Source: Paracoccaceae bacterium
GTDB lineage: Bacteria > Pseudomonadota > Alphaproteobacteria > Rhodobacterales > Rhodobacteraceae
Direction of reading: 5' to 3'
NCBI GenBank assembly: GCA_027000645.1
Contig: JALTNO010000272.1
Coordinates: 1 to 43,811, forward strand
Length of the DNA: 43,811 bases
A model generated the notes under the pieces. It had not been told where the DNA came from. It saw nothing but the letters and a program-made list of their open reading frames with translations, and did no database searches. Positions 36,655 through 43,811 of this stretch are shown here, in pieces (the stretch's first letter is position 1; the number at the start of each line of letters is the position of its first letter). Position numbers and translations under genes: made by a program.

Positions 36655-36683
36655 TTGACGTGACCGGATGCGCCGCCTACCGA
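36655..36683 (+). promoter_or_regulatory. Putative sigma70 promoter for pncA-pncB
   Basis: TTGACG-N17-TACCGA. Confidence 0.4.
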
Positions 36684-36706
36684 TAGGGAAAGGAAGGAGC
36701 CCGCGC

Positions 36707-37300
36707 ATGTCACATGCTCTGATCGTGATAGATGTCCAGAACGATTTCTGCCCCGGCGGCGCGCTTGCCGTGCCGGGCGGCGACGAGGTGGTGGCGCCCA
36801 TCAACGCGATGATGGATGATTTCGATGCGGTGATCCTGACGCAGGACTGGCACCCGGCGGGGCATTCGTCCTTTGCGTCGTCGCATCCGGGGCAGGAGCC
36901 CTTCTGGGTAATCGACATGCCCTATGGTCCGCAGGTGCTGTGGCCCGATCACTGCGTTCAGGGAAGCGAGGGCGCCGCGTTTCACCCCGGCCTGCGCAGT
37001 GATGGCGACCTGATCCTGCGCAAGGGGTTCAACCGCGAAATCGACAGCTATTCGGCCTTTTTCGAGAACGACCGCTCCACGCCGACAGGGCTTGAGGGCT
37101 ATCTTCGCACGCGCGGCATCGACCGGCTGACGCTGGTCGGGCTGGCCACCGATTTCTGCGTGCACTATTCGGCCGTGGATGCGGCGCGGCTGGGTTTCGA
37201 CGTGGCCGTGCGGATGCAGGCCTGCCGGGCGATCGACCTCGACGGGTCGTTGGCGGCGGCTGTCGAGGCGATGAAGACCGCGGGGGTGAGCTTGGAATGA
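36707..37300 (+). CDS. pncA: Nicotinamidase/pyrazinamidase
   Basis: AAGGAG SD. 'IDVQNDFCPGGALAV', 'TQDWHP', 'WPDHCVQG', 'DSYSAFFEND', 'GLATDFCV'. Confidence 0.96.
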   Translation: MSHALIVIDVQNDFCPGGALAVPGGDEVVAPINAMMDDFDAVILTQDWHPAGHSSFASSHPGQEPFWVIDMPYGPQVLWPDHCVQGSEGAAFHPGLRSDGDLILRKGFNREIDSYSAFFENDRSTPTGLEGYLRTRGIDRLTLVGLATDFCVHYSAVDAARLGFDVAVRMQACRAIDLDGSLAAAVEAMKTAGVSLE

Positions 37301-37387
37301 CACCGCAGCCGCGCCGGCTGCCGGTCGGTCAGACAGTCCGCCGCATCCGACGCACCAGCAAACGAAACCCAACCCGAGAGGCCGCGC

Positions 37388-38680
37388 ATGGTCGATATCG
37401 CCACCCGCGTCTGGAACCACAAGTGGAAGATCGACCCGATCGTGCGGTCGCTGATCGACACCGACTTCTACAAGCTGCTCATGTGCCAGTCGGTGTTCCG
37501 TAACCGGCCCGATACCACCGTCACCTTCAGCCTCATCAACCGCAGCCGACATATCCGCCTGGCCGAACTGATCGACGAGGGCGAGTTGCGCGAGCAGCTC
37601 GACCACATCCGCACGCTGCGGCTGACCCGCGGCGAGAGTACCTGGCTGCGCGGCAACATGTTCTACGGCAAGCGCCAGATGTTCCGCCCCGACTTCATGG
37701 AGTGGTTCGAGAACCTGACGCTTCCGCCCTACCACCTGGAAAAGCGTGACGGCCAGTACGAGCTGACCTTCGAGGGCAAGTGGCCCGAGGTGATGCTGTG
37801 GGAAATTCCCGCGCTGGCGGTGCTGATGGAACTGCGCGGGCGGACGGTCCTGAACCGGATGCGCCGGTTCGAACTGCAGGTGCTCTACGCCCGCGCGATG
37901 ACCAAGCTGTGGGAAAAGGTCGAAAGGCTGCGCCGGGTCGAGGGGATCAAGATCGCCGATTTCGGTACCCGGCGGCGCCACTCCTTTCTCTGGCAGGACT
38001 GGTGCGTCCAGGCCATGACCGAAGGGCTGGGGGAAGGCTTCGTCGGCACCTCGAACTGCCTGATTGCCAAGAATCGCGACCTCGAGGCGATCGGCACCAA
38101 CGCCCATGAACTGCCGATGGTCTACGCGGCGCTGGCCGACAGCGACGAGGAACTGGCCCGCGCCCCCTATGAGGTCCTGCAGGACTGGCACGACGAACAC
38201 GAAGGCAATTTGCGGATTATCCTGCCCGATACCTTCGGAACCAGGGGGTTTCTCGAGCGCGCCCCCGACTGGCTGGCCAGCTGGACCGGCATCCGCATCG
38301 ACAGCGGCGACCCGGTGGAAGGGGCGGAAACCGCCATCGCATGGTGGAAATCGCGTGGCGAGGACCCGCGCCAGAAGCGGATCATCTTCTCCGACGGGCT
38401 GGACGTGGACCGGATCCTCGACCTGCACCGGCGCTTCGCCCACCGGGCGATGGTGTCCTTCGGCTGGGGCACGCTGCTGACCAACGACTTCCGCGGGCTG
38501 ACCGAAGACGATGCGCTGGCGCCCTTCAGCCTCGTCTGCAAGGCAGTTGCCGCCAATGGCCGTCCCACGGTGAAGCTGTCCGACAACCCGGAAAAGGCAA
38601 TGGGTCCCCCCGAGGAAATCGCCCGCTACAAACGGGTCTTCGGGGTCGGAGAGCAAAAGCGGATCCGGGTCGAAGTATAG
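37388..38680 (+). CDS. pncB: Nicotinate phosphoribosyltransferase
   Basis: '[12 protein letters not shown]', 'DFGTRRR', 'GTNAHE', 'ILPDTFG', 'RIDSGDP', 'FSDGL', 'VKLSDN'. Confidence 0.96.
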   Translation: MVDIATRVWNHKWKIDPIVRSLIDTDFYKLLMCQSVFRNRPDTTVTFSLINRSRHIRLAELIDEGELREQLDHIRTLRLTRGESTWLRGNMFYGKRQMFRPDFMEWFENLTLPPYHLEKRDGQYELTFEGKWPEVMLWEIPALAVLMELRGRTVLNRMRRFELQVLYARAMTKLWEKVERLRRVEGIKIADFGTRRRHSFLWQDWCVQAMTEGLGEGFVGTSNCLIAKNRDLEAIGTNAHELPMVYAALADSDEELARAPYEVLQDWHDEHEGNLRIILPDTFGTRGFLERAPDWLASWTGIRIDSGDPVEGAETAIAWWKSRGEDPRQKRIIFSDGLDVDRILDLHRRFAHRAMVSFGWGTLLTNDFRGLTEDDALAPFSLVCKAVAANGRPTVKLSDNPEKAMGPPEEIARYKRVFGVGEQKRIRVEV

Positions 38681-38694
38681 CGCACCACTCCTGC

Positions 38695-38765
38695 CCCCTC
38701 TTCATCTTGCCTCCAAATACTCCGGGGGTGAACGGGCCGCAGGCCCGGAGGGGGCAGAGCCCCCT
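38695..38765 (-). repeat. REP-like intergenic repeat, copy 2 (inverted relative to copy 1)
   Basis: Minus strand reads AGGGGGC-TCT-GCCCCCT hairpin, a second hairpin, then CCCCGGAGTATTTGGAGGCAAGATGAAG. Confidence 0.75.
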
Positions 38766-38877
38766 TGCCCGGCCGCACCAGCCGGGGCGCCGCGGAACCT
38801 GTGGACGCGGCGTTCCGCTTGATCTACGACTTTCGGCAAGGACCCTTCGATGGTCGTTTCCGCTCCGAGGTGAAACC

Positions 38878-39741
38878 ATGGACTACCACAAACCCTCCAC
38901 CTTCGAGGAGGCGGTCGCAATCGCCGCCGGCGCCGCCGGCACGACCCGCTTCCTCGCAGGCGGCACCGACATCCTGGTACAGATGCGATCCGGCATCGCC
39001 ACGCCGGAAGTGCTGATCGACATCAAGGGCATCGCCGGCACCAGGGACATCGTTCGCGAAGACGACGGCGGCTGGTGCATTGGCGTGGCCGTGACCGGCG
39101 CCGAGCTGACCGAACACGCGGAGATCGGCCATGACTGGCCCGGCGTGATCGAGGCGGTTGGCCTGATCGGCTCGACCCAGGTGCAGGGGCGGGCCACGCC
39201 GGTGGGCAACCTTTGCAACGCCTCTCCGGCTGCCGACAGCGTGCCGGCGCTGGTGGCGGCAGGGGCCGAGGTGACGGTCCAGGGCCCCGAGGGCACGCGC
39301 CGCGTCCCGGTCGAGGACATCCCCACCGGCCCCGGACGAACCAGCCTGAAGAAGGGCGAAGTCGTCACCGCCCTGCGCCTGCCGCCGCGCGGCAGGGGCG
39401 GGGGCGATGCCTATCAGCGCTTCATCCCGCGGACCGAAATGGACATCGCCGTGATCGGCTGCGGGGTCAGCCTGCGCGTCTCCGGTCTTGTCATCACCGA
39501 GGCCCGCATGGCGCTGGGCGCGGTCGCCCCCACGGTCGAACCCGTGCGTGGCGCGGCGGATGCGCTGGTGGGCACGCGGCTGGAAAAGTCCGCGCTGGAC
39601 GCCCTGGCCGATCTGGCCCAGGCCGCCTGCAACCCCATCGACGACAAGCGCGGAACGGTGAAGTTCCGTACCCACCTGGCCGGCGTCTATGCGCGCCGGG
39701 TCGCCAGGATCGCCTATGAACGCGCGAGGGCAGCACAATGA
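38878..39741 (+). CDS. Xanthine dehydrogenase family FAD-binding (medium, CoxM-like) subunit
   Basis: GAGG SD. 'FLAGGTDIL', 'IGSTQVQGRATPVGNLCNASPAAD', 'NPIDDKRGT'. Confidence 0.92.
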   Translation: MDYHKPSTFEEAVAIAAGAAGTTRFLAGGTDILVQMRSGIATPEVLIDIKGIAGTRDIVREDDGGWCIGVAVTGAELTEHAEIGHDWPGVIEAVGLIGSTQVQGRATPVGNLCNASPAADSVPALVAAGAEVTVQGPEGTRRVPVEDIPTGPGRTSLKKGEVVTALRLPPRGRGGGDAYQRFIPRTEMDIAVIGCGVSLRVSGLVITEARMALGAVAPTVEPVRGAADALVGTRLEKSALDALADLAQAACNPIDDKRGTVKFRTHLAGVYARRVARIAYERARAAQ

Positions 39742-40217
39742 CGAAGATCCATGTAACCGCAAGGATCAATGGCGACGAGGTCGAATTCCTCTGCGACCCG
39801 CGCGAAACCATGCTGGACGTGCTGCGCGACCGGCTGGGCCTGATCGGGGCCAAGGAAGGCTGCGGCACCGGCGATTGCGGCGCCTGCTCGATCACCCTGG
39901 ACGGTCGCCTGGTCTGTTCCTGCCTTATGCTGGGGGTCGAGGCCGAAGGGCGCGAAATCGGCACGGTGGAAGGCATCGCCGAGGGCGAGAATCTTCACCC
40001 TCTGCAGCGCAAGTTCATCGAACATGCCGCCCTTCAGTGCGGCTTCTGCACGCCGGGGATTCTGGTCGCGGCGAAAAACCTGCTGGAGCGCAACCCCGAC
40101 CCCTCCGAGGAAGAGGTGCGCTACTGGCTGGCCGGCAATCTGTGCCGCTGCACCGGCTATGACAAGATCATCCGGGCCGTCCTCGACGCGGCGGCCGAAA
40201 TGCGGGAGGCATCGTGA
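39738..40217 (+). CDS. Xanthine dehydrogenase family [2Fe-2S] (small, CoxS-like) subunit
   Basis: 'KEGCGTGDCGACS', 'LVCSCL', 'QCGFCTPG', 'GNLCRCTGY'. ATGA overlap with the upstream gene. Confidence 0.95.
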   Translation: MTKIHVTARINGDEVEFLCDPRETMLDVLRDRLGLIGAKEGCGTGDCGACSITLDGRLVCSCLMLGVEAEGREIGTVEGIAEGENLHPLQRKFIEHAALQCGFCTPGILVAAKNLLERNPDPSEEEVRYWLAGNLCRCTGYDKIIRAVLDAAAEMREAS

Positions 40218-42517
40218 TGGCGCTGGACGAATACAGACCGCAAGAGGGCGACGAAGCCTATGAAGGCCCGCGGGAGTTCCGCCAGGTCGGCACCCGTCCC
40301 GACCGCCCGGACGGTTTCGACAAGGTGACGGGGCGGGCGCGCTTCGGCGCCGACATGTATGCGCCGGGGATGCTGCACGCGGCGATCCTGCGCAGCCCGC
40401 ACGCCCATGCCCGGATCGTCCGGCTCGACACCTCGAAGGCCGAGGCGCTGGAGGGCGTCAAGGCTGTGGTGACGCGGGCGGATTTCTCGAAGAATGTCAT
40501 CTTCGCCCCCGGCACGGTGGGCGAGTTCTGGAACATCCTCGAAAACATCATGGCCGGCGAAAAGGCCCTTTACGACGGGCACGCGGTGGCCGCCGTGGCC
40601 GCCACCACGCCGCTGATTGCGCGCGATGCGCTCAAGCTGATCGAGGTCGAGTACGAGATCCTGCCCCATGTCACCGACGTGGACGAGGCGATGAAGCCCG
40701 GCGCCCCGGTGATCCGCGAGGGCGCGGCCGACCGCTCGGTGCCCGAGGGGATGCACCCGAACGTGGTGCGTTATCACGAAAGCGGCCACGGCGATGTCGA
40801 GGCCGGCTTTGCCGAGGCGGATCTGGTGATCGAGGACCATTTCACCACCGAGGCCACCCATCAGGGCTATATCGAGCCGCACGCCTGCCTCGGCACGCTG
40901 GGCGCGGACGGCAAGGGGGAACTCTGGTGCTGCACGCAAGGGCACTGGTATGTGCAGAAGGTCTGCGCCGCACTTCTGGACCTTGAAACCGCCAACCTGC
41001 GGGTGACGGCCTCGGAGATCGGCGGCGGCTTCGGCGGCAAGACCACCGTGTTCATCGAACCCGTGGCGCTGGCGCTTTCGCGCAAGGCGGGCCGTCCGGT
41101 CAAGCTGGTGATGAGCCGGGCGGAGGTGTTCCGGGCCACCGGCCCGACCGCCTCGGCCTCGATGGACATACGCATCGGCATGAAGAAGGACGGCACCATC
41201 ACCGCCGCGCAGGGCACCTTCCGCCTTCAGGGCGGGGCCTTCCCCGGCGCGCCGATGGAATTCACCGCCATGTGCGCCTTCGCCTGCTATGACCTCCGCC
41301 ATGTTCGGCAGGTGGGCTATGACGTGATGACCAACCGCCCGAAACAGGCGGCCTATCGTGCGCCTGGATCGCCCATGGCGGCGTTTGCGGTGGAATCGGT
41401 GATCGACGAGTTGTGCAACCGGCTGGGACTCGACCCCATCGAGGTGCGGCTGAAGAACGCCGCGCGCGAAGGCACGAAGGCCAGCTACGGCCCGACCTAT
41501 CCGCGCATCGGTCTGGTCGAGACGCTGGAGGCCGCCCGCGCGCACCCGCATTACGCGGCCCCGCTGAAGCCGGGGCAGGGGCGGGGCATCTCCTGCGGCT
41601 TCTGGTTCAACTACGGGGGCGAGACTTCCGTGTCGCTGGCGCTTTCCGAGGACGGCTCGGCGCAGGTGATGGTGGGCACGCCCGATATCGGCGGCTCGCG
41701 CGCCTCGATGGCGCTGATGGCGGCCGAGGTGCTGGGCATCCCCTACGAGAACATCCGTGTCACCGTCGCCGATACCGGCTCGCTGGGCTACAACGAGATC
41801 AGCCACGGCAGCCGCGTCACCTATGCCTCGGGGCTGGCCACCATCAAGGCGGCGCGGGACGCGGTGCGCAAGCTGCGCCAGCGCGCCGCCGACAAGTGGG
41901 GCATCGACGTCGAGGCGGTGGACTGGGTGGACGGCTGCGCCGTGCCCTCGGGGCCGAACGCGGGCGATTTCGACCCGCTGCCGCTGGCCGAGATCACGAA
42001 GACAATGGGCGCCACCGGCGGGCCGATCAGCGGCCATTTCGAGGCCACGCCCGAAGGCGCGGGCGTCAGCTTCGCCACCCATATCGTCGATGCCGAGGTG
42101 GACCGCGAGACCGGCAAGACCCGCGTGGTGCGCTATACCGTGGTGCAGGACGCGGGCAAGGCCATCCACCCGACCTATGTCGAGGGCCAGTTCCAGGGCG
42201 GCGCCGCGCAGGGCATCGGCTGGGCGCTGAACGAGGAATACATCTATGGCGAGGACGGGCGGCTGCAGAACCCCGGCTTCCTCGACTACCGGATTCCTGT
42301 CGCCTCGGACCTGCCGATGATCGACACGGTGATCGTCGAGGTGCCCAATCCGGGCCATCCCTTCGGGGTGCGCGGTGTGGGCGAGACCTCGATCTGCCCG
42401 CCGCTCGCCGCGATCGCCAACGCGGTGTCGAACGCGGCCGGGGTGCGGCTGCGGGATCTGCCGATGCGGCCGTCGCGGATCCTCGACGAGCTGGAGAAAC
42501 AGCGGGACGATGCCTGA
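40217..42517 (+). CDS. Xanthine dehydrogenase family molybdopterin-binding (large) subunit, substrate unknown
   Basis: 'DKVTGRARF', 'LRSPHAHARI', 'TQG', 'IGGGFGGK', 'AYRAPG', 'EGQFQGG', 'DYRIP', 'GVRGVGE'. GTG 40214 is an alternative start. Confidence 0.93.
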   Translation: MALDEYRPQEGDEAYEGPREFRQVGTRPDRPDGFDKVTGRARFGADMYAPGMLHAAILRSPHAHARIVRLDTSKAEALEGVKAVVTRADFSKNVIFAPGTVGEFWNILENIMAGEKALYDGHAVAAVAATTPLIARDALKLIEVEYEILPHVTDVDEAMKPGAPVIREGAADRSVPEGMHPNVVRYHESGHGDVEAGFAEADLVIEDHFTTEATHQGYIEPHACLGTLGADGKGELWCCTQGHWYVQKVCAALLDLETANLRVTASEIGGGFGGKTTVFIEPVALALSRKAGRPVKLVMSRAEVFRATGPTASASMDIRIGMKKDGTITAAQGTFRLQGGAFPGAPMEFTAMCAFACYDLRHVRQVGYDVMTNRPKQAAYRAPGSPMAAFAVESVIDELCNRLGLDPIEVRLKNAAREGTKASYGPTYPRIGLVETLEAARAHPHYAAPLKPGQGRGISCGFWFNYGGETSVSLALSEDGSAQVMVGTPDIGGSRASMALMAAEVLGIPYENIRVTVADTGSLGYNEISHGSRVTYASGLATIKAARDAVRKLRQRAADKWGIDVEAVDWVDGCAVPSGPNAGDFDPLPLAEITKTMGATGGPISGHFEATPEGAGVSFATHIVDAEVDRETGKTRVVRYTVVQDAGKAIHPTYVEGQFQGGAAQGIGWALNEEYIYGEDGRLQNPGFLDYRIPVASDLPMIDTVIVEVPNPGHPFGVRGVGETSICPPLAAIANAVSNAAGVRLRDLPMRPSRILDELEKQRDDA

Positions 42518-42755
42518 GGTTCATCTCTGGTCGGGGCTGCGGGCGCTCGCCGGCGGGCGCGAGGTGGTCGAGGTCGAGGGGCGCACGGTGGGCGAGATCC
42601 TCGATGCTCTGGTCGCGGCCTGTCCGGGGCTGAAGGAGCCCATCGAGGCCGGCGTGTCGGTGGCCGTGGACGGGCGGATCATCGCCAGCGCCCGGAACGA
42701 GCCGGTGAACCCCGACAGTGAAATCTACCTGCTGCAGCGGCTGCGCGGCGGCTGA
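42510..42755 (+). CDS. MoaD/ThiS family ubiquitin-like sulfur carrier
   Basis: 81 aa from ATG 42510, beta-grasp pattern 'VHLWSGLRALAGGREVVEVEGRTVGEIL', C-terminal GG. Confidence 0.88.
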   Translation: MPEVHLWSGLRALAGGREVVEVEGRTVGEILDALVAACPGLKEPIEAGVSVAVDGRIIASARNEPVNPDSEIYLLQRLRGG

Positions 42756-42775
42756 GCGGGACCGGCGGTTCGCAG

Positions 42776-43594
42776 TCAGTCGGTTTCGCCCCGCCGGCGC
42801 AGCCAGGCCTGCCACAGGTCGGGGCGGCGTTCGCGGGTGATGCGTTCGGCCTCGGCCTGCCGCCATTCGGTGATGCGGCGGTGATGGCCCGAAAGCAGCA
42901 CCTCGGGGATCGGGCGCCCTTTCCATTCGGCCGGGCGGGTATAGTGCGGATGCTCGAGCAGCCCGTGGGCGAAGCTTTCCTCCTCGGCCGAGGCCTGGTT
43001 GCCCAGCACCCCGGGCAGAAGCCGCACGGTGGCGTCGATCAGCGCCATGGCGGCGATCTCGCCCCCGGTCATCACGAAATCGCCCAGCGATACTTCCTCG
43101 ATGGCGTAGTGCTCCAGCACGCGCTCGTCCACGCCCTCGAAGCGGCCGCACAGCAGGGTGACGCCGTCGGCGCGGGCCAGCCGGCGCATCAGGTCCTGCG
43201 TCATCGGCCGCCCGCGCGGGGAAAGGTAGATCAGTGGCCAGTTGCCGCCGGTGCCGGCCATGGCCTGTTCGATGGCCTCGCCCAGCACATCGGCGCGCAG
43301 AACCATGCCCGCCCCGCCGCCGGCGGGGGTGTCGTCCACGTTGCGATGCCGACCCTTGCCGAAGGCGCGCAGGTCGATGGTCTCCAGCTGCCAGCGCCCT
43401 TCCTGCAGGGCCTTGCCGGTCAGGCTCTCGCCCAGCACGCCGGGAAAGGCGCCGGGGAAAAGGGTGATTACCCGCGCCTTCCACACCCCGGCCAGATCCG
43501 GCGCGGGGGTGATCAGCTCGCGCGGCCTCGCCGAGGGGCGGATGGTCTTGCGCCCCAGCGCGCGGGACGGGGTGGGGCGGTCGGGGTCGGTCAT
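42776..43594 (-). CDS. trmD: tRNA (guanine37-N1)-methyltransferase with ~35-aa N-terminal extension
   Basis: 'VITLFP', '[14 protein letters not shown]', 'YLSPRG', '[10 protein letters not shown]', '[11 protein letters not shown]', '[10 protein letters not shown]'. Confidence 0.97.
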   Translation of the reverse strand: MTDPDRPTPSRALGRKTIRPSARPRELITPAPDLAGVWKARVITLFPGAFPGVLGESLTGKALQEGRWQLETIDLRAFGKGRHRNVDDTPAGGGAGMVLRADVLGEAIEQAMAGTGGNWPLIYLSPRGRPMTQDLMRRLARADGVTLLCGRFEGVDERVLEHYAIEEVSLGDFVMTGGEIAAMALIDATVRLLPGVLGNQASAEEESFAHGLLEHPHYTRPAEWKGRPIPEVLLSGHHRRITEWRQAEAERITRERRPDLWQAWLRRRGETD

Positions 43595-43811
43595 CGGGTG
43601 TCCTCCTGTGCCGCCTGCAATATGGCGGCCTTGGCCGTCTGCCGTGTCTCGGGATCGTCATATGTGCGGTTGGCGGCCAGAAGTTCAAGCAGAACCCGCC
43701 GGTCGGGGCGGCGGTTCACCGGCGGCGGGGCGGGCAGGGCGCTGATGATGTCGGGCGGGATGCCGCATAGCTCCAGCAGCGGTTGCGCAGGCCCCGCCGG
43801 CAGCGCCAGCG
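43591..43811 (-). CDS. Hypothetical protein, C-terminal part (5' end outside window), coupled to trmD
   Basis: Open frame from the edge: [72 protein letters not shown]. Its stop overlaps the trmD ATG (ATGA). Confidence 0.6.
   Translation of the reverse strand, partial: LALPAGPAQPLLELCGIPPDIISALPAPPPVNRRPDRRVLLELLAANRTYDDPETRQTAKAAILQAAQEDTR

Noticed and set aside
37297-37503. 68-aa ORF bridging pncA and pncB with an ATGA overlap
   Set aside because: Overlaps pncB out of frame by over 100 nt, is Arg/Pro-rich and has no motif.
38878-42517. Annotation as aerobic CO dehydrogenase coxMSL
   Set aside because: Gene order matches, but the loop is AYRAPG without the Cu-binding Cys of AYxCSFR, and no cox accessory genes are present.
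25560-43594. Three RNA-modification genes (rlmN, trhO, trmD) in one window
   Set aside because: Separate loci 6-9 kb apart with unrelated neighbours; ordinary core-genome content.
1-43811. CRISPR arrays, tRNA/rRNA genes, transposases, integrases, prophage or defence genes
   Set aside because: None seen by eye. Intergenic gaps are short and almost all coding space is explained. tRNAscan-SE and Infernal would be needed to exclude small RNAs.

Overview
High-GC chromosomal window, most likely from a Rhodobacteraceae/Roseobacter-group alphaproteobacterium (inferred from gene content). Left: an aerobic benzoyl-CoA (box) catabolic cluster with an FAA-hydrolase tail, TRAP dctPQM, benzoate-CoA ligase, an alpha/beta hydrolase, boxC, boxB, boxA, a thioesterase and boxR. 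TGCA-N6-TGCA operator-like boxes lie in front of all four transcription units. A 57-aa CxxCxxCxxxCP ORF missing from the ORF track sits between boxB and boxA and is coupled to boxA. Middle: a PAN-domain alpha-2-macroglobulin plus pbpC, a soluble hybrid kinase, a CaiB CoA-transferase, a class 3 asparaginase, an IalB-like protein, rlmN, a small ORF, a LOG protein, and an isolated five-gene flagellar block (motB-flgE-flgK-flgL-flgI) with two similar CtrA-type promoters. Right: an MFS transporter, trhO, pncA-pncB bracketed by two inverted copies of a REP-like repeat, an uncharacterised xanthine-oxidase-family molybdoenzyme operon with its own MoaD/ThiS protein, trmD and a partial upstream ORF. I saw no rRNA, tRNA, CRISPR array or transposase. 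All calls come from reading the sequence; no database search was run.
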